Source: Fibrobacterales bacterium | GTDB lineage: Bacteria; Fibrobacterota; Fibrobacteria; Fibrobacterales; JAOPTW01 | NCBI GenBank assembly: GCA_051532055.1 | Contig: JAOPTX010000015.1 | Span: 149,047-213,046 of the forward strand | Direction: 5' to 3' | Length of the DNA stretch: 64,000 nt | In this document: positions 31,001 to 40,609 of the stretch, piece after piece | How the letters are laid out: the number at the start of each line of letters is the position of its first letter | How positions within the stretch are numbered: position 1 is the stretch's first letter | Program-made: the position numbers and the translations under genes | The notes under the pieces: generated by a model | The model's database searches: none | Told to the model about the DNA's origin: nothing | Seen by the model: the letters and a program-made list of their open reading frames with translations, nothing else

Positions 31001-33355
31001 CCTGAACAGAAAAAGTCAATAACTGAACTGGGAGACCAAAATAACCTATTAATTGCAATGAATGATGGCGCATTTTATAGTCGATATGGTAATCCATTGG
31101 TAAATGCACAGTTTGATAATAAAATACGAATTTACTTTGGGACTGACGGTGGAGAAAATTGGGTTCAATCGGCAACTCTTAGTCCTAATGATGGTCGGAT
31201 TGTACTCAATATGGATAGAGAAATTAGTTCACTCTACGATATAACTCTTGATGAATCAAATTTCAGTGGGACACAACTTTTTATGGTTATGGTAGTTGAT
31301 GTCAAGGGAGTTGATAATCAGTATAACAATGATAGTGAAGGTGGTGACCTGCCACCAGATAGTGATCCACGGGTATTGTATATTTCAAGGGCTCAAAATG
31401 GTGTCCAACTATTAGGTAATCAAATTATTATAACACTCAACCAAGAAAACAGAACTAAGGTTCAAAATTGGCGTGGTGATTATCGATACGCTCTTGATTA
31501 TGGCGATATTGGATTTATGGTTGGCCCTGAAACTATGACGAGTACAGCTGGTGAAGTGGGTGGTGGTTTTGAAAATAGTATTGAGGTACTCCCATTTGAT
31601 GATGTAGAAGGAAGTGACGTTGAGGGCTCTTCTGTACCAGCGCCTCAAGTTAAGGTAGTAACCAATGAAGGTTTGAGCTATTTTGAATGCAGTGGAGACA
31701 CCACATGGATTGTAACAGTATATCCTAACGCCATACGAAATGACTGTATTGTAGGACAAAGAGTCTATTTAGAAAAAGGGGCTACCTATCGGGTTGTTGC
31801 ACAAGATAGTGAGGGAACTCCTAGTGATGCGGTAACTCAATCAAGTTTAGGTAGGCCAGTTCCAGATATTAGAATTGATACAACAGGAACTGCCCTACTC
31901 ATTGGGTTTGTTTCCGAAAATGTTGATGATATAGAAAATGCGACATTTAGCTATAGTATTCGTGTTGGTGATAGTGTTGTTGTGGGCGATACCGCTTATA
32001 CAAGTTGGGGCCATCAATTCTTTGGAGATAACGGTCAAACCTATATCATAGAAGCTAAAATGGAAAGCTTAGAGAAGGGAGAATTAGGTTTTATAAATCA
32101 ATTTTCAATAACAGATACTATAACCCTTATTGCCCCGAGTACGTTATCAGTAAAAGCAAATGAATGGAATATGCTCTCATTTGGTGGTACGCCATTCCAA
32201 GTCTCGCAGCTTACTGATAGTGAAACTCTTTTTAAATGGGACGATAATAAAATTGAAGACCTACTTTTTAGTAAATACCTTTCGAAAGATGAACTTGATA
32301 ATATTGAGCCTGGGGAAGCGTGTTGGTATCATTCAGAAATGGATACAGAGATTGAGTTAAAATATACAACCGAGACAATTTCAACTGTGTTAAGTCATGG
32401 AGATGAAGGCTGGAATCAAGTTGCTAATCCTTATAGTTTCAATTTGAGTACCAACGCTTTTGGTGAAAATATGGAGTTTTTTAAATGGAATGGTAGTCAA
32501 TATTACAAAGTTAATTATCTCAAGCCAGGTGAAGGATATTTGACCTATGTTACTTCTGATGAGAGAATTACAATAGGTAAAGTAGTTGCATGGAAAACAG
32601 ATGAGCTCTATTCTCTACAGACCTATAAAAAAGCGATGACAAATGAACAAGACTGGGAAATTACCGTTACACTTACCAGTGATGATGGAACTTTGCAGGA
32701 TCAATATAATGTTATAGGTGTGAAGCCTATGGCGAGTAATGGTTTTGATGAATTGGATAAATATGAACTACCGGGAACAATGGATGATGCGGTGATATTT
32801 TCAGTTCTTGAGGGGGATAAGATTCTCAGAACTAATTTTAAAGAACCGATAGAAGACATTGGGCTATGGAAAGTATCTGTAGGGACAACGAGTGAAAACA
32901 CATCGAATGGTACCCTCTCTTTTGAAGGAGTTGATGCAATACGGAGCCTCGGTTACTCTCTATTCCTTACAGACGGAGCCGTACAAACTGAAATTGTTGG
33001 AACTTCTATACCGGTATCATTAACTGAAAATAAAGAATATGGTATTGTTGTCGCCAGAAGCGGTGTATCACTATCGTCTCAAGCTGTTGGTGCTGGGGTA
33101 TTTAATTATCCTAATCCTGTAAGAGGTTACACACAAATTAGACTCCGTGGAGTGTACTCTATGGATGATAAAGCTACACTGAGGGTTTTTGATGTGAAGG
33201 GTTCAGTGGTTTACACTGGTGTGTATAATACAGACTCTGATATTATATGGCATGCAGAGTCTAACAGTGGAACTCCATTAGAACATGGGATGTACTATTA
33301 CGAGCTTCAAATTGGTGGAACATCATACTCAAATGTCATGATGGTTGCAGAGTAG
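28004..33355 (+). CDS. 1783-aa secreted multi-Ig/cadherin-like protein with T9SS type A-like (FlgD-Ig) C-terminal domain
   Basis: Signal peptide; acidic beta-rich repeats; WNMLSFG and GWNQVANPY; C-terminal FNYPNPV...VFDVKGSVV...GMYYYEL. Confidence 0.85.
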   Translation: MKSLLLIITLLIGFESVHAQNISQVGFDPESNRLYFSFDQPYITIGSGTITIDVINNGLWENPIVITNWNTYAVGNGVTMHIDFAAINDNRILNIIGHGVELHGNFPSGIVQSAATQSEPDNRKIYLTDGGPYVERASYSEYNNEIQIWFTHLFDASTAFSGEIRLSNDSFQKSYLLENIAVTQSPGQPVLNIVLPEELNSAGLDPYNWIIALDPNVVFFTDNDGNIEGNYQLSTMSELRMEYFDHSYHFNSSYVNDDIGGDPYLYVEMSEQAMYSGAGVVVTALNSLGVTIESIPLDLSENSPPVNSFDFSPSIFLNTTQYSKIESWLNLGYYIQVNAAEGAYYEYNSNNLPAFSIPFSNTSGWYIEGYDTLYVQQGPTFYSILNKYDESSQMEYQVTSKDESILPSNGISVKPVDNGFIIEVLHYMKSGTVLDIDILATDVTTGQFSRKLVTVKKESEEVHFLDIVQSRFVESEGISQLVVDLTAPVFVSNATQIVIEALESPFEHESLEEFRLNTSENPIEGDGTQHFKIGLSDTHILQIKRWYSEGHFVKIVFEEGALSPKFSEIDIGGYTFREIGEGMKNPDAIEFDYYQQFTIGLDIEDKISFWVHNPRGPYEDVVITEIVSRDPGIVTAYYSGLNNNGEQEINVTGMSQGSTVLTLTFNNGFAISEEKLYINVTEDVVYNNGIRTEVPMNYSIWPNSYHSVTLWAEATPNRENSYFYITGYSTNSDVVELMDYNTESYSDFWLNFESHNSGNAQLVLTITDELGNTTERIIEVIVEDNGDPGMGGMGDCYGPCLNDVTLIYDEGVNALSLRWNDFVNIAYDSEIVLMSQNNKEGVSEEQEISIPININNVTRMGTDMELSISETLKNTILDQYRSSHNMRAVIPGGVFYTNDNVYYEPDSREIWFHLEQGNNFEIFASWYQPIEGKVTIEFDGEIKMDQLYAMSGTLRVGTSNTNNVIIPFANPSTEHAHWCGTEPSGYEQECTTTIDIYISPEQKKSITELGDQNNLLIAMNDGAFYSRYGNPLVNAQFDNKIRIYFGTDGGENWVQSATLSPNDGRIVLNMDREISSLYDITLDESNFSGTQLFMVMVVDVKGVDNQYNNDSEGGDLPPDSDPRVLYISRAQNGVQLLGNQIIITLNQENRTKVQNWRGDYRYALDYGDIGFMVGPETMTSTAGEVGGGFENSIEVLPFDDVEGSDVEGSSVPAPQVKVVTNEGLSYFECSGDTTWIVTVYPNAIRNDCIVGQRVYLEKGATYRVVAQDSEGTPSDAVTQSSLGRPVPDIRIDTTGTALLIGFVSENVDDIENATFSYSIRVGDSVVVGDTAYTSWGHQFFGDNGQTYIIEAKMESLEKGELGFINQFSITDTITLIAPSTLSVKANEWNMLSFGGTPFQVSQLTDSETLFKWDDNKIEDLLFSKYLSKDELDNIEPGEACWYHSEMDTEIELKYTTETISTVLSHGDEGWNQVANPYSFNLSTNAFGENMEFFKWNGSQYYKVNYLKPGEGYLTYVTSDERITIGKVVAWKTDELYSLQTYKKAMTNEQDWEITVTLTSDDGTLQDQYNVIGVKPMASNGFDELDKYELPGTMDDAVIFSVLEGDKILRTNFKEPIEDIGLWKVSVGTTSENTSNGTLSFEGVDAIRSLGYSLFLTDGAVQTEIVGTSIPVSLTENKEYGIVVARSGVSLSSQAVGAGVFNYPNPVRGYTQIRLRGVYSMDDKATLRVFDVKGSVVYTGVYNTDSDIIWHAESNSGTPLEHGMYYYELQIGGTSYSNVMMVAE

Positions 33356-33496
33356 TTAACTACATTTGTTCCTTATAAAAGCTGATACTTAAGGGTGTTA
33401 GCCTTATTTAAGGGTCAAATAGATCAAACTTCAAATAGATGTAAAGTTATGAATAACGAGTAGAACTTTTTTTCTAAAAAAGTGATACAATCTTTA

Positions 33497-33518
33497 AAAT
33501 GTGATGGACAGTACATTT
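33497..33518 (+). promoter_or_regulatory. Candidate CRP/FNR-family operator upstream of giant protein 2
   Basis: AAATGTGATggacAgtACATTT matches 16/22 positions of AAATGTGATCTAGATCACATTT. Confidence 0.45.
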
Positions 33519-33588
33519 TAGAAATTTGAACTTGAGAGTAGTCTTGTATTAACCTATTCTAAAGAGAGACAGTAGTTGGGGGTCGTTA

Positions 33589-36500
33589 ATGAAAAAGTAT
33601 GCTATTCTATTAATTGTTATTTTAATTCAATCAGTTTATGCACAAACTATTTTAGCTCCCCGTTATGCAGATGGGGATAGTTCTGATGTGCGCACGATTT
33701 ATCGGGGCACTACTGTCACTATGTTACTTGAGACTCAAGCTTTAAACTATAAGTTTGACTGGGATAATAGCAACCCAATTCAAGCTGTACTTGAAGATTC
33801 ATCAGCTTCACATCCTGATATTCCTATAACTATTAATATCGTTGATTACTGTTTGGGAGGGTCCGATTGTATGAATATTACATTCACGGTTCCTGATAGT
33901 GTGCGTTATGGTGAGTGGCGCTTTAAAGTTATAGGAACAACTGATCCTAATATGCGATACTACCCAATAGCAGTTGTAGAAAAGCCTCTTCTTGTTTTTA
34001 ATTATCAGACTGATTCACTCTGGTTTGAATCAATAGCTACGCCTTTACAAGGTCAGATAGGGTATTTTGATCTACCGGTTAAATATATAGATAATAATGA
34101 AATAGTAACCAGTGGAATTATTGATGGCTGGACAAGTTTAGATCTTCTGTCGGGAAATATTTGGCTTGTTCCTACAGCGCAAGCTACTAATAATCCAAAA
34201 GTGGAAATTAAACATGGTAGTAAAATGTTTATAGATATACCAAGAAATAATACTATACAGATTGAGCCTGGTCCTTCTTATCAATTCCAGAAGCTATATG
34301 AAGCATTTGATATACCTGTTAATATAATTAATTCCCCTCATTTTATTACAAAGGCTGAAGTAGAGCCAGGCGATTCATTACTCACCATTTACTTTTCAGA
34401 GAAGATCGATACTACCTACTATTCAAGCGGTCCGTTGACTCTTCGTAACGGAGCACAGTCTTATTCAATTTCTAATATTCAGGATCGAATTATCTACATA
34501 GGAGATTCGACTCAGGTAGTTATTCAGATGCCTCAAATGGTGCAAGGTCTTAGTCCTTCCACATGGTACTTAGAACTTGACTCTCTTGCATTTAAAACGT
34601 ATCCAATTTCGGGAGCTCTTTCTGTATATAATGCAGAAGTAAAGTATGAAGATAACTTTTCTGTTGATACAGTATATAGTAATACAACTCAACTAACGAG
34701 CGCATACATGTCACACGACATGTATAACATAACTATGTTTTGGGATGCCCCTGTTGTATTTGATAGTTTACAAGGGGCGCGTTTGGTAGCAAGAGATTCG
34801 GTTGGTGTTGCTCAAAAGTATATTGATCTATATACAAACCTATATAATAGTACTGACCCCAACCTTCCTTATGTTGGTGATAGTGTTCAATTTTATATGT
34901 CTATTATGGAAATTGACTCTGTAATAAATTGGGAAAAAGAAGGTTATCAGGTGAGTATGAGCATTCCCTATGGGCAATATAGAGATTCCTTAACAAGTAG
35001 TTTGATACCGGCACAAGAAGTGCCGATAGTACTTCTTGATGATGGTATGTACCTATATGCTTATGATAGTGTTAATGTGATAAATAGCCAATATTCATCT
35101 TTTTTAGAATTGGATTTTACAGGTTATATAGGGGAGCCAGATAATTATATGCTGGCTGCATTGGTAGATAGTAATGGTGTCATTAATGCTTCAGATGTCT
35201 ACTTTCATTGGACAGGGGTATCTTGGATGATGCGGATTGAAAACATACCTGATTCTGGAACGGTTAATCTTGCTATTCAAATTACATCACCTTTGGATGG
35301 AACGATTAAAGAACATGGTCTCTATTTTAATATTCAAAGTAATGTGAAGCCACCACTTACCTTAATAGATTCAAGGCTTACATTTGATAGCATTCTCAAT
35401 ACCAATATAATTACATATCAATACAGTCATGTTGTTGAAAGTAAACATTTAGATGTATCTCTGAAGGCTTACGATAATGAATATCTTGGCGTTCGTTATG
35501 ATAGTTTACAATTAATGTCACTTTCAGTGTTAATCGACTCATCAAAAACTATTGCTATGGGATTAACTGCCGCTCAATTATATACAATTAATAATTGGGT
35601 CACAAATGGGTACACTGTTGTTACGGAAATAAATAGAGGGTTTGTTGCATCTCTCGAGTCAGGTGTAGAGACAAAAGAAGATATTATACAACTGCTCCCC
35701 GAAGATTCAATTTATATAGACCCTAAATTATTAGGTCCACATATTTTACAATTACCAGTAACTCAATTAACCGGTGTAATAGATTTTGAACTTTTTATTC
35801 AGTATGGAACGCAAAGTTCCTATTTGTTTAAGCCTATTTATTTTGATTCAGCGTATATTAATTTAGTCGACTCCATTACAACGTCTTTTAAAAATATTGA
35901 GATGCCATACTCTCTCATGGGTCAAACTGGTCAGACATCATTTAAAATAGTAGCTGGTGAGAATATGTACTATGTGTTTGATACTCTTGATGTAACATTA
36001 GAAATATTTGACCCTTATTTCCCTGGTGCATATTCCCTTCTGACTCCGTCAATTGGAAATTTAGAAAGTAATAAAGACACTGTTATTACGGTAAGTGTCG
36101 ATACCAAATATCCTCTTGCTGACCTTGAGCTTATAGTAGTCAGTTCCAATGGTCTTATTCCTGCTGCAAATAGAATAATTACAAAATCAGGATATCGAAC
36201 CTGGGATGTATTACTTACCCCTGTGATGAGCGGCGAGGAAGTCCTTGTTTTTGAACTCATACATCCTGTAGATGGTGTCTATACAAGCATCACACAAACA
36301 ATCACAATAGCTCCCCAACAAACGGGCTTTTCCATTGATTCGGTAGCAAGGAATATGAGCTATACTGATATTCAAGATGTGGGTATATCCCTTAGCTCAG
36401 AGTTTAGCCTTGAATTGGATCTCTCAGATGTGACTAATATGCTCACCAGTAATTCAGTGGCATTAGCCTCAAGTATCCCTAGTATGTGGGTTTTAAAAAT

Positions 36501-39500
36501 TGATCCTGAAATGGATGAGGTAGGAGAACTTGTTGCTCTTTTAAAAGTGGTCGATTCAAATGGGATTGTTGTCGAGGAGCATTTTGTCCATACCTCTGTC
36601 GCATATAATAAATCAATTGTTATAGAACCATTTGATAATTTTTTACACCCTGGACAAACTCAACTCGTAACGATACATACCCAACCTGATTTTAATTTGA
36701 CTGCGGAAACGGGTGAACCAAATGTACTGCCCAATAGTTCTATTAATATTTTTAAACAAAATGATACTCAATGGATACTCTCAATCACTCCGGAATATGG
36801 GCAGTGGGGGAATACTGATATCATAATTCGGGCATTCAATGGATCGCCATTTGAAGTCGAATTTGAAAATATTGCAATTGAAGTTGCAAATGAAGTAAAT
36901 GTCGACTTACTCTATGAACCATGTGTTGGCCTCTGCCTAGAGACTGTTCAGTTTCACTATAATGCATTCAATAGTAAATTGAGCCTCTTCTTTAACGATG
37001 TTATTTCTATTGAACAAAGTGGAACGGTACAATTTACCTCATATATCTATGATAGTAAAGATGATATGGTTCCCGATATTGGTGATCAGTATGAGTTACC
37101 TATTACTACTACTGCAATCATTGCAGGTACAAGTATTGAGTATACACTGTCTGAAGAACAAAAGAGAGTCATACAGAATCTAGACCTTAATAGTGATGAC
37201 CTAAGGGTGTCGGTGGCATCTGGAACCGTACAAGGGACCTCTAATGGAATATTGAATAGTGGACGATTGGTTCCTGTTCATATTGATAAAGGACCAAAAT
37301 TTCAAGTATATGGTGCACAATATGATCCATTTGATAAAGAGATACGGCTTAAATTTGATGAATCCATAGATGACAATCTTTCAATAACCGGTTCAGTCAT
37401 TAAAATTGGTTTGGGTTCCCCACCTTCATCTACTATAGATATTGTAATTAATGATTATAGTATTGGAAGAAATGACTGTGTTGACGATTGTAATACATCA
37501 TCTGAATTGTCAATTCAGTTAAGTGACTCTGATTGGAATGCGTTGGAAGAACTAGCAGAAACTTCTATAAATAATCTCTTTATCAATATTCCAAATGGAA
37601 CATTTACGGATATTTCAAATCAAGCTCTTGAGGAATCCGCTTTCAATGATAATATTCCTCTCAGTTTTGGGGTTGGCTATGGAGAGAATTGGATTGAAAA
37701 TGCTATTGTAGATCTCGTAAATGGAAGAGTAGAAATCACGTTTAACAAAAGTCTTGAGAGTTATCAAGATAGAGTTCTTGATATTGAAAATGGCTCCCAA
37801 TCAACCCTCATGGTTATTGGAGTATTAGATCAGCAATACGATGTTTCAGATAGACATCCATTAGTGAGCCAACCTAATATGGTTTATGTAGGTAGCGCTT
37901 CTGATCAAGTAACGTATGATGCACCGCTCGGAAAGCTTTTTGTAGAACTCAATGATCAAAATAAAGCAAAGATCATGTCATGGATTAGCACTTATGGTAC
38001 AACTCTTGAAGGTAAAGCGGTAGTCTATTTCCCTCATAATACCTTAGGCGCACCATCTGGTGTTAAAAACCCTGAGCTTACTGCCCTTGCTTCAACAGGA
38101 ACAATAACGATTCCTGTTGAAGGGAGTGTCATTGCGGCCCCTGATGTAAAAGTAGAGACGGGAGAAGGTATTGATTACTTTGTCATGGAGGATCAGTGGA
38201 AGATGTTTGTGACAGAGACAGCTATAGCTATTAATCCAACCTCTTCTGTTGAAGAAAATGTTGAGATAGGAAGTCGCATCTATTTACAGGCAAATAAATT
38301 TTATCATGTTGTTGCGTATGAAGATGCACAGTATTCAGAGGCTGTTGTTGTTGATGCTTCAAAATATGCGGCACTAGATTTATCAGTAAAACAATCTGGC
38401 ACAGCATATAGGGTCTCGTTTGTGACACGCGATAATATTACTATGAGAAATGCTACATTCGGAATGGTTTTACATCGTCCCGGTACTCTGCAAGAAGATA
38501 CCCTTCAAGGTATTAAAGATGCTCACATAACGTCTTTTGGCTTTGATGGCGATACCATTGTAGTAAATGCCTATCTTGAGTCTCTCGAGGAAGGGGACTC
38601 GACATTTATTGCATCCTTTAATAAAAGTAAAACTTTTGTATTAAAGCTTCCACAAATTAAGAAGAGTGTACCGGCATCAGAATGGAATATGATTTCATTC
38701 GGTTCAACAGAAAAAATTGTTGCTGATCTTGGTGCCTACACAACAGTATTTTGGTGGGATGATTCTAAATTACTCGACCTACTCTATGGACGATATCGAT
38801 CAGCGGAAGAATTGTCAAGTATTAAACCAGGTCAATCGGTGTGGATATATTCTGATGTTTCGCAAGATATACATCAATATTTTGATACTACTGAAGTAAG
38901 TATTGAACTAATTGCTGGTGATGATGGGTGGAATCAACTTGCAAATCCTTATGGGTTTAATCTTGCGGTCGAAGGTTTTGGAAATCGAGAGTTCTTTAAG
39001 TGGAATGGAGTGAGTTATAGTAAAGTAAATTACTTAAAGCCGGGTGAAGGGTATTGGTCAACGGTAAGTGAAAATGAAGTACTCACCATAGAACGTCTTC
39101 CAGTGTGGGATACAGCTCTTTCAGAGCGTAATAGTGAAATTACCTTTAAAAAGGGTGCCGCATCACGTCAGTTGTGGGATCTTGGAATTGCCCTCTCACT
39201 TAATAATCGTGGAGTTGTTGATCAATATAATACTATTGGTGTTAATCCGTTAGCTGATAATAAGGTTGACTTTCTAGACAAAAGAGAGCTTCCCCAAAAT
39301 ATGAGTGATGTTCCGTCACTATCTATGGTAATTGATGGGAAACGATACCGCAATGACCTTAAGAAACCTATAGACGGTGCCGCTGAATGGGTGCTTGCTG
39401 TTGATGTTCCGGAGGGTAAAGGAGGAGTGGCGCATCTTCAGCTTGATGGGTACTCGTCATTAAAGAATTTGGGATATTCGCTGTATCTTGTAGATGGAAG

Positions 39501-39876
39501 TAATGCAAAAAAACTTGAATCAAGTAAAACCGAACTGTTGTTAAAAGGTTCGACCCAATATCGACTTATAGTAAGTGAAAACGCTTTAAATACAAATCAT
39601 CTAACGCGAGTGCCCACGCTCTTTAACTATCCTAATCCCGTGCGAGGAGATACGAGAATAATGGTTCAAAATCTTACTATGCCCGGTAAGACCATGGTTT
39701 TTAAAGTGATGGCTGTTGATGGAAGTGTTGTATATGAAAGAGTATATTCATATCAAACATCTTTTACTTGGAATCCGGTCACTATGAGTGGGGCACCTCT
39801 TAAAAGCGGGCTCTACTTCTATAGCGTATCAACAGGGGCTCATTTTATCCAGAGCACCCTACTTATAATGGAATAG
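33589..39876 (+). CDS. 2095-aa secreted multi-Ig-like protein, paralog of 28004..33355, with T9SS type A-like C-terminal domain
   Basis: Signal peptide; shared blocks GENWI/V, WNMISFG, GWNQLANPY, FFKWNG..Y.KVNYLKPGEGY, DQYN.IGV.P.A, FNYPNPVRG, GLYFYSV. Confidence 0.85.
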   Translation: MKKYAILLIVILIQSVYAQTILAPRYADGDSSDVRTIYRGTTVTMLLETQALNYKFDWDNSNPIQAVLEDSSASHPDIPITINIVDYCLGGSDCMNITFTVPDSVRYGEWRFKVIGTTDPNMRYYPIAVVEKPLLVFNYQTDSLWFESIATPLQGQIGYFDLPVKYIDNNEIVTSGIIDGWTSLDLLSGNIWLVPTAQATNNPKVEIKHGSKMFIDIPRNNTIQIEPGPSYQFQKLYEAFDIPVNIINSPHFITKAEVEPGDSLLTIYFSEKIDTTYYSSGPLTLRNGAQSYSISNIQDRIIYIGDSTQVVIQMPQMVQGLSPSTWYLELDSLAFKTYPISGALSVYNAEVKYEDNFSVDTVYSNTTQLTSAYMSHDMYNITMFWDAPVVFDSLQGARLVARDSVGVAQKYIDLYTNLYNSTDPNLPYVGDSVQFYMSIMEIDSVINWEKEGYQVSMSIPYGQYRDSLTSSLIPAQEVPIVLLDDGMYLYAYDSVNVINSQYSSFLELDFTGYIGEPDNYMLAALVDSNGVINASDVYFHWTGVSWMMRIENIPDSGTVNLAIQITSPLDGTIKEHGLYFNIQSNVKPPLTLIDSRLTFDSILNTNIITYQYSHVVESKHLDVSLKAYDNEYLGVRYDSLQLMSLSVLIDSSKTIAMGLTAAQLYTINNWVTNGYTVVTEINRGFVASLESGVETKEDIIQLLPEDSIYIDPKLLGPHILQLPVTQLTGVIDFELFIQYGTQSSYLFKPIYFDSAYINLVDSITTSFKNIEMPYSLMGQTGQTSFKIVAGENMYYVFDTLDVTLEIFDPYFPGAYSLLTPSIGNLESNKDTVITVSVDTKYPLADLELIVVSSNGLIPAANRIITKSGYRTWDVLLTPVMSGEEVLVFELIHPVDGVYTSITQTITIAPQQTGFSIDSVARNMSYTDIQDVGISLSSEFSLELDLSDVTNMLTSNSVALASSIPSMWVLKIDPEMDEVGELVALLKVVDSNGIVVEEHFVHTSVAYNKSIVIEPFDNFLHPGQTQLVTIHTQPDFNLTAETGEPNVLPNSSINIFKQNDTQWILSITPEYGQWGNTDIIIRAFNGSPFEVEFENIAIEVANEVNVDLLYEPCVGLCLETVQFHYNAFNSKLSLFFNDVISIEQSGTVQFTSYIYDSKDDMVPDIGDQYELPITTTAIIAGTSIEYTLSEEQKRVIQNLDLNSDDLRVSVASGTVQGTSNGILNSGRLVPVHIDKGPKFQVYGAQYDPFDKEIRLKFDESIDDNLSITGSVIKIGLGSPPSSTIDIVINDYSIGRNDCVDDCNTSSELSIQLSDSDWNALEELAETSINNLFINIPNGTFTDISNQALEESAFNDNIPLSFGVGYGENWIENAIVDLVNGRVEITFNKSLESYQDRVLDIENGSQSTLMVIGVLDQQYDVSDRHPLVSQPNMVYVGSASDQVTYDAPLGKLFVELNDQNKAKIMSWISTYGTTLEGKAVVYFPHNTLGAPSGVKNPELTALASTGTITIPVEGSVIAAPDVKVETGEGIDYFVMEDQWKMFVTETAIAINPTSSVEENVEIGSRIYLQANKFYHVVAYEDAQYSEAVVVDASKYAALDLSVKQSGTAYRVSFVTRDNITMRNATFGMVLHRPGTLQEDTLQGIKDAHITSFGFDGDTIVVNAYLESLEEGDSTFIASFNKSKTFVLKLPQIKKSVPASEWNMISFGSTEKIVADLGAYTTVFWWDDSKLLDLLYGRYRSAEELSSIKPGQSVWIYSDVSQDIHQYFDTTEVSIELIAGDDGWNQLANPYGFNLAVEGFGNREFFKWNGVSYSKVNYLKPGEGYWSTVSENEVLTIERLPVWDTALSERNSEITFKKGAASRQLWDLGIALSLNNRGVVDQYNTIGVNPLADNKVDFLDKRELPQNMSDVPSLSMVIDGKRYRNDLKKPIDGAAEWVLAVDVPEGKGGVAHLQLDGYSSLKNLGYSLYLVDGSNAKKLESSKTELLLKGSTQYRLIVSENALNTNHLTRVPTLFNYPNPVRGDTRIMVQNLTMPGKTMVFKVMAVDGSVVYERVYSYQTSFTWNPVTMSGAPLKSGLYFYSVSTGAHFIQSTLLIME

Positions 39877-39877
39877 A

Positions 39878-40609
39878 ATGAAAAAGAGGTTGAGTAACAT
39901 TGTACATCAGAAATTTGCTCTACTAGATGCTCTGCTTTTTGGTGATCAATGCAGCTACTGCCATGAGAAAAAGCGTAAAAATTATCTTATGTGTGATACA
40001 TGTACCCAAAAGCTATCACTGTTTTCAGAGTCTGATGCGCAAGTACAGCTGCCAAATAGTGATAATAGATTGTTATCACTTTTTCCTATGACAGAATTAA
40101 CTAAAAAGATTATCCATGATATTAAGTATAACCAACTACCGTCTCTCGCGACCCAATTATTAAAAGATACTCCCGTCAATTACTTTCATGATATTGATTC
40201 ACAGACACTATTAGTTCCTGTTCCATTACATAGTAAAAGAATGAGAGAGCGAGGGTATAATCAAGCTAAAGTAATTGCTCAAGGTGTTGCAGAGAGGACG
40301 GGGGCTACTGTCGTATCTCACCTATTAAAAAAGAATCATCATACAGGAAGTCAAACAAAATTGGGTAAAGAAGAGCGTCATCAAAATATGCAGAACGTTT
40401 TTAGTCTTATAAGAGGAACATCAATATCGGGAAAAAATGTAGTTGTTATTGATGACGTGTTTACAACAGGAGCAACAACTCAATCATGTATAAATGCTTT
40501 GGAAAAAGGGAATCCTCAAAGCTTACATGTATTTACTCTCGTTCGGGCTGATATACAAGAAAAAAGTGATTTTGCAAAAGAGTTACAATTGCACAATAAT
40601 AATTTATGA
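39878..40609 (+). CDS. comF: ComF-family phosphoribosyltransferase-like protein
   Basis: N-terminal CxxC..CxxC, VPVPLH...RGYNQA, VVIDDVFTTGAT. Confidence 0.9.
   Translation: MKKRLSNIVHQKFALLDALLFGDQCSYCHEKKRKNYLMCDTCTQKLSLFSESDAQVQLPNSDNRLLSLFPMTELTKKIIHDIKYNQLPSLATQLLKDTPVNYFHDIDSQTLLVPVPLHSKRMRERGYNQAKVIAQGVAERTGATVVSHLLKKNHHTGSQTKLGKEERHQNMQNVFSLIRGTSISGKNVVVIDDVFTTGATTQSCINALEKGNPQSLHVFTLVRADIQEKSDFAKELQLHNNNL

Noticed and set aside
31601..31630. DVEGS-DVEGS tandem peptide duplication in giant protein 1
   Set aside because: Real but a trivial linker duplication with diverged codons.
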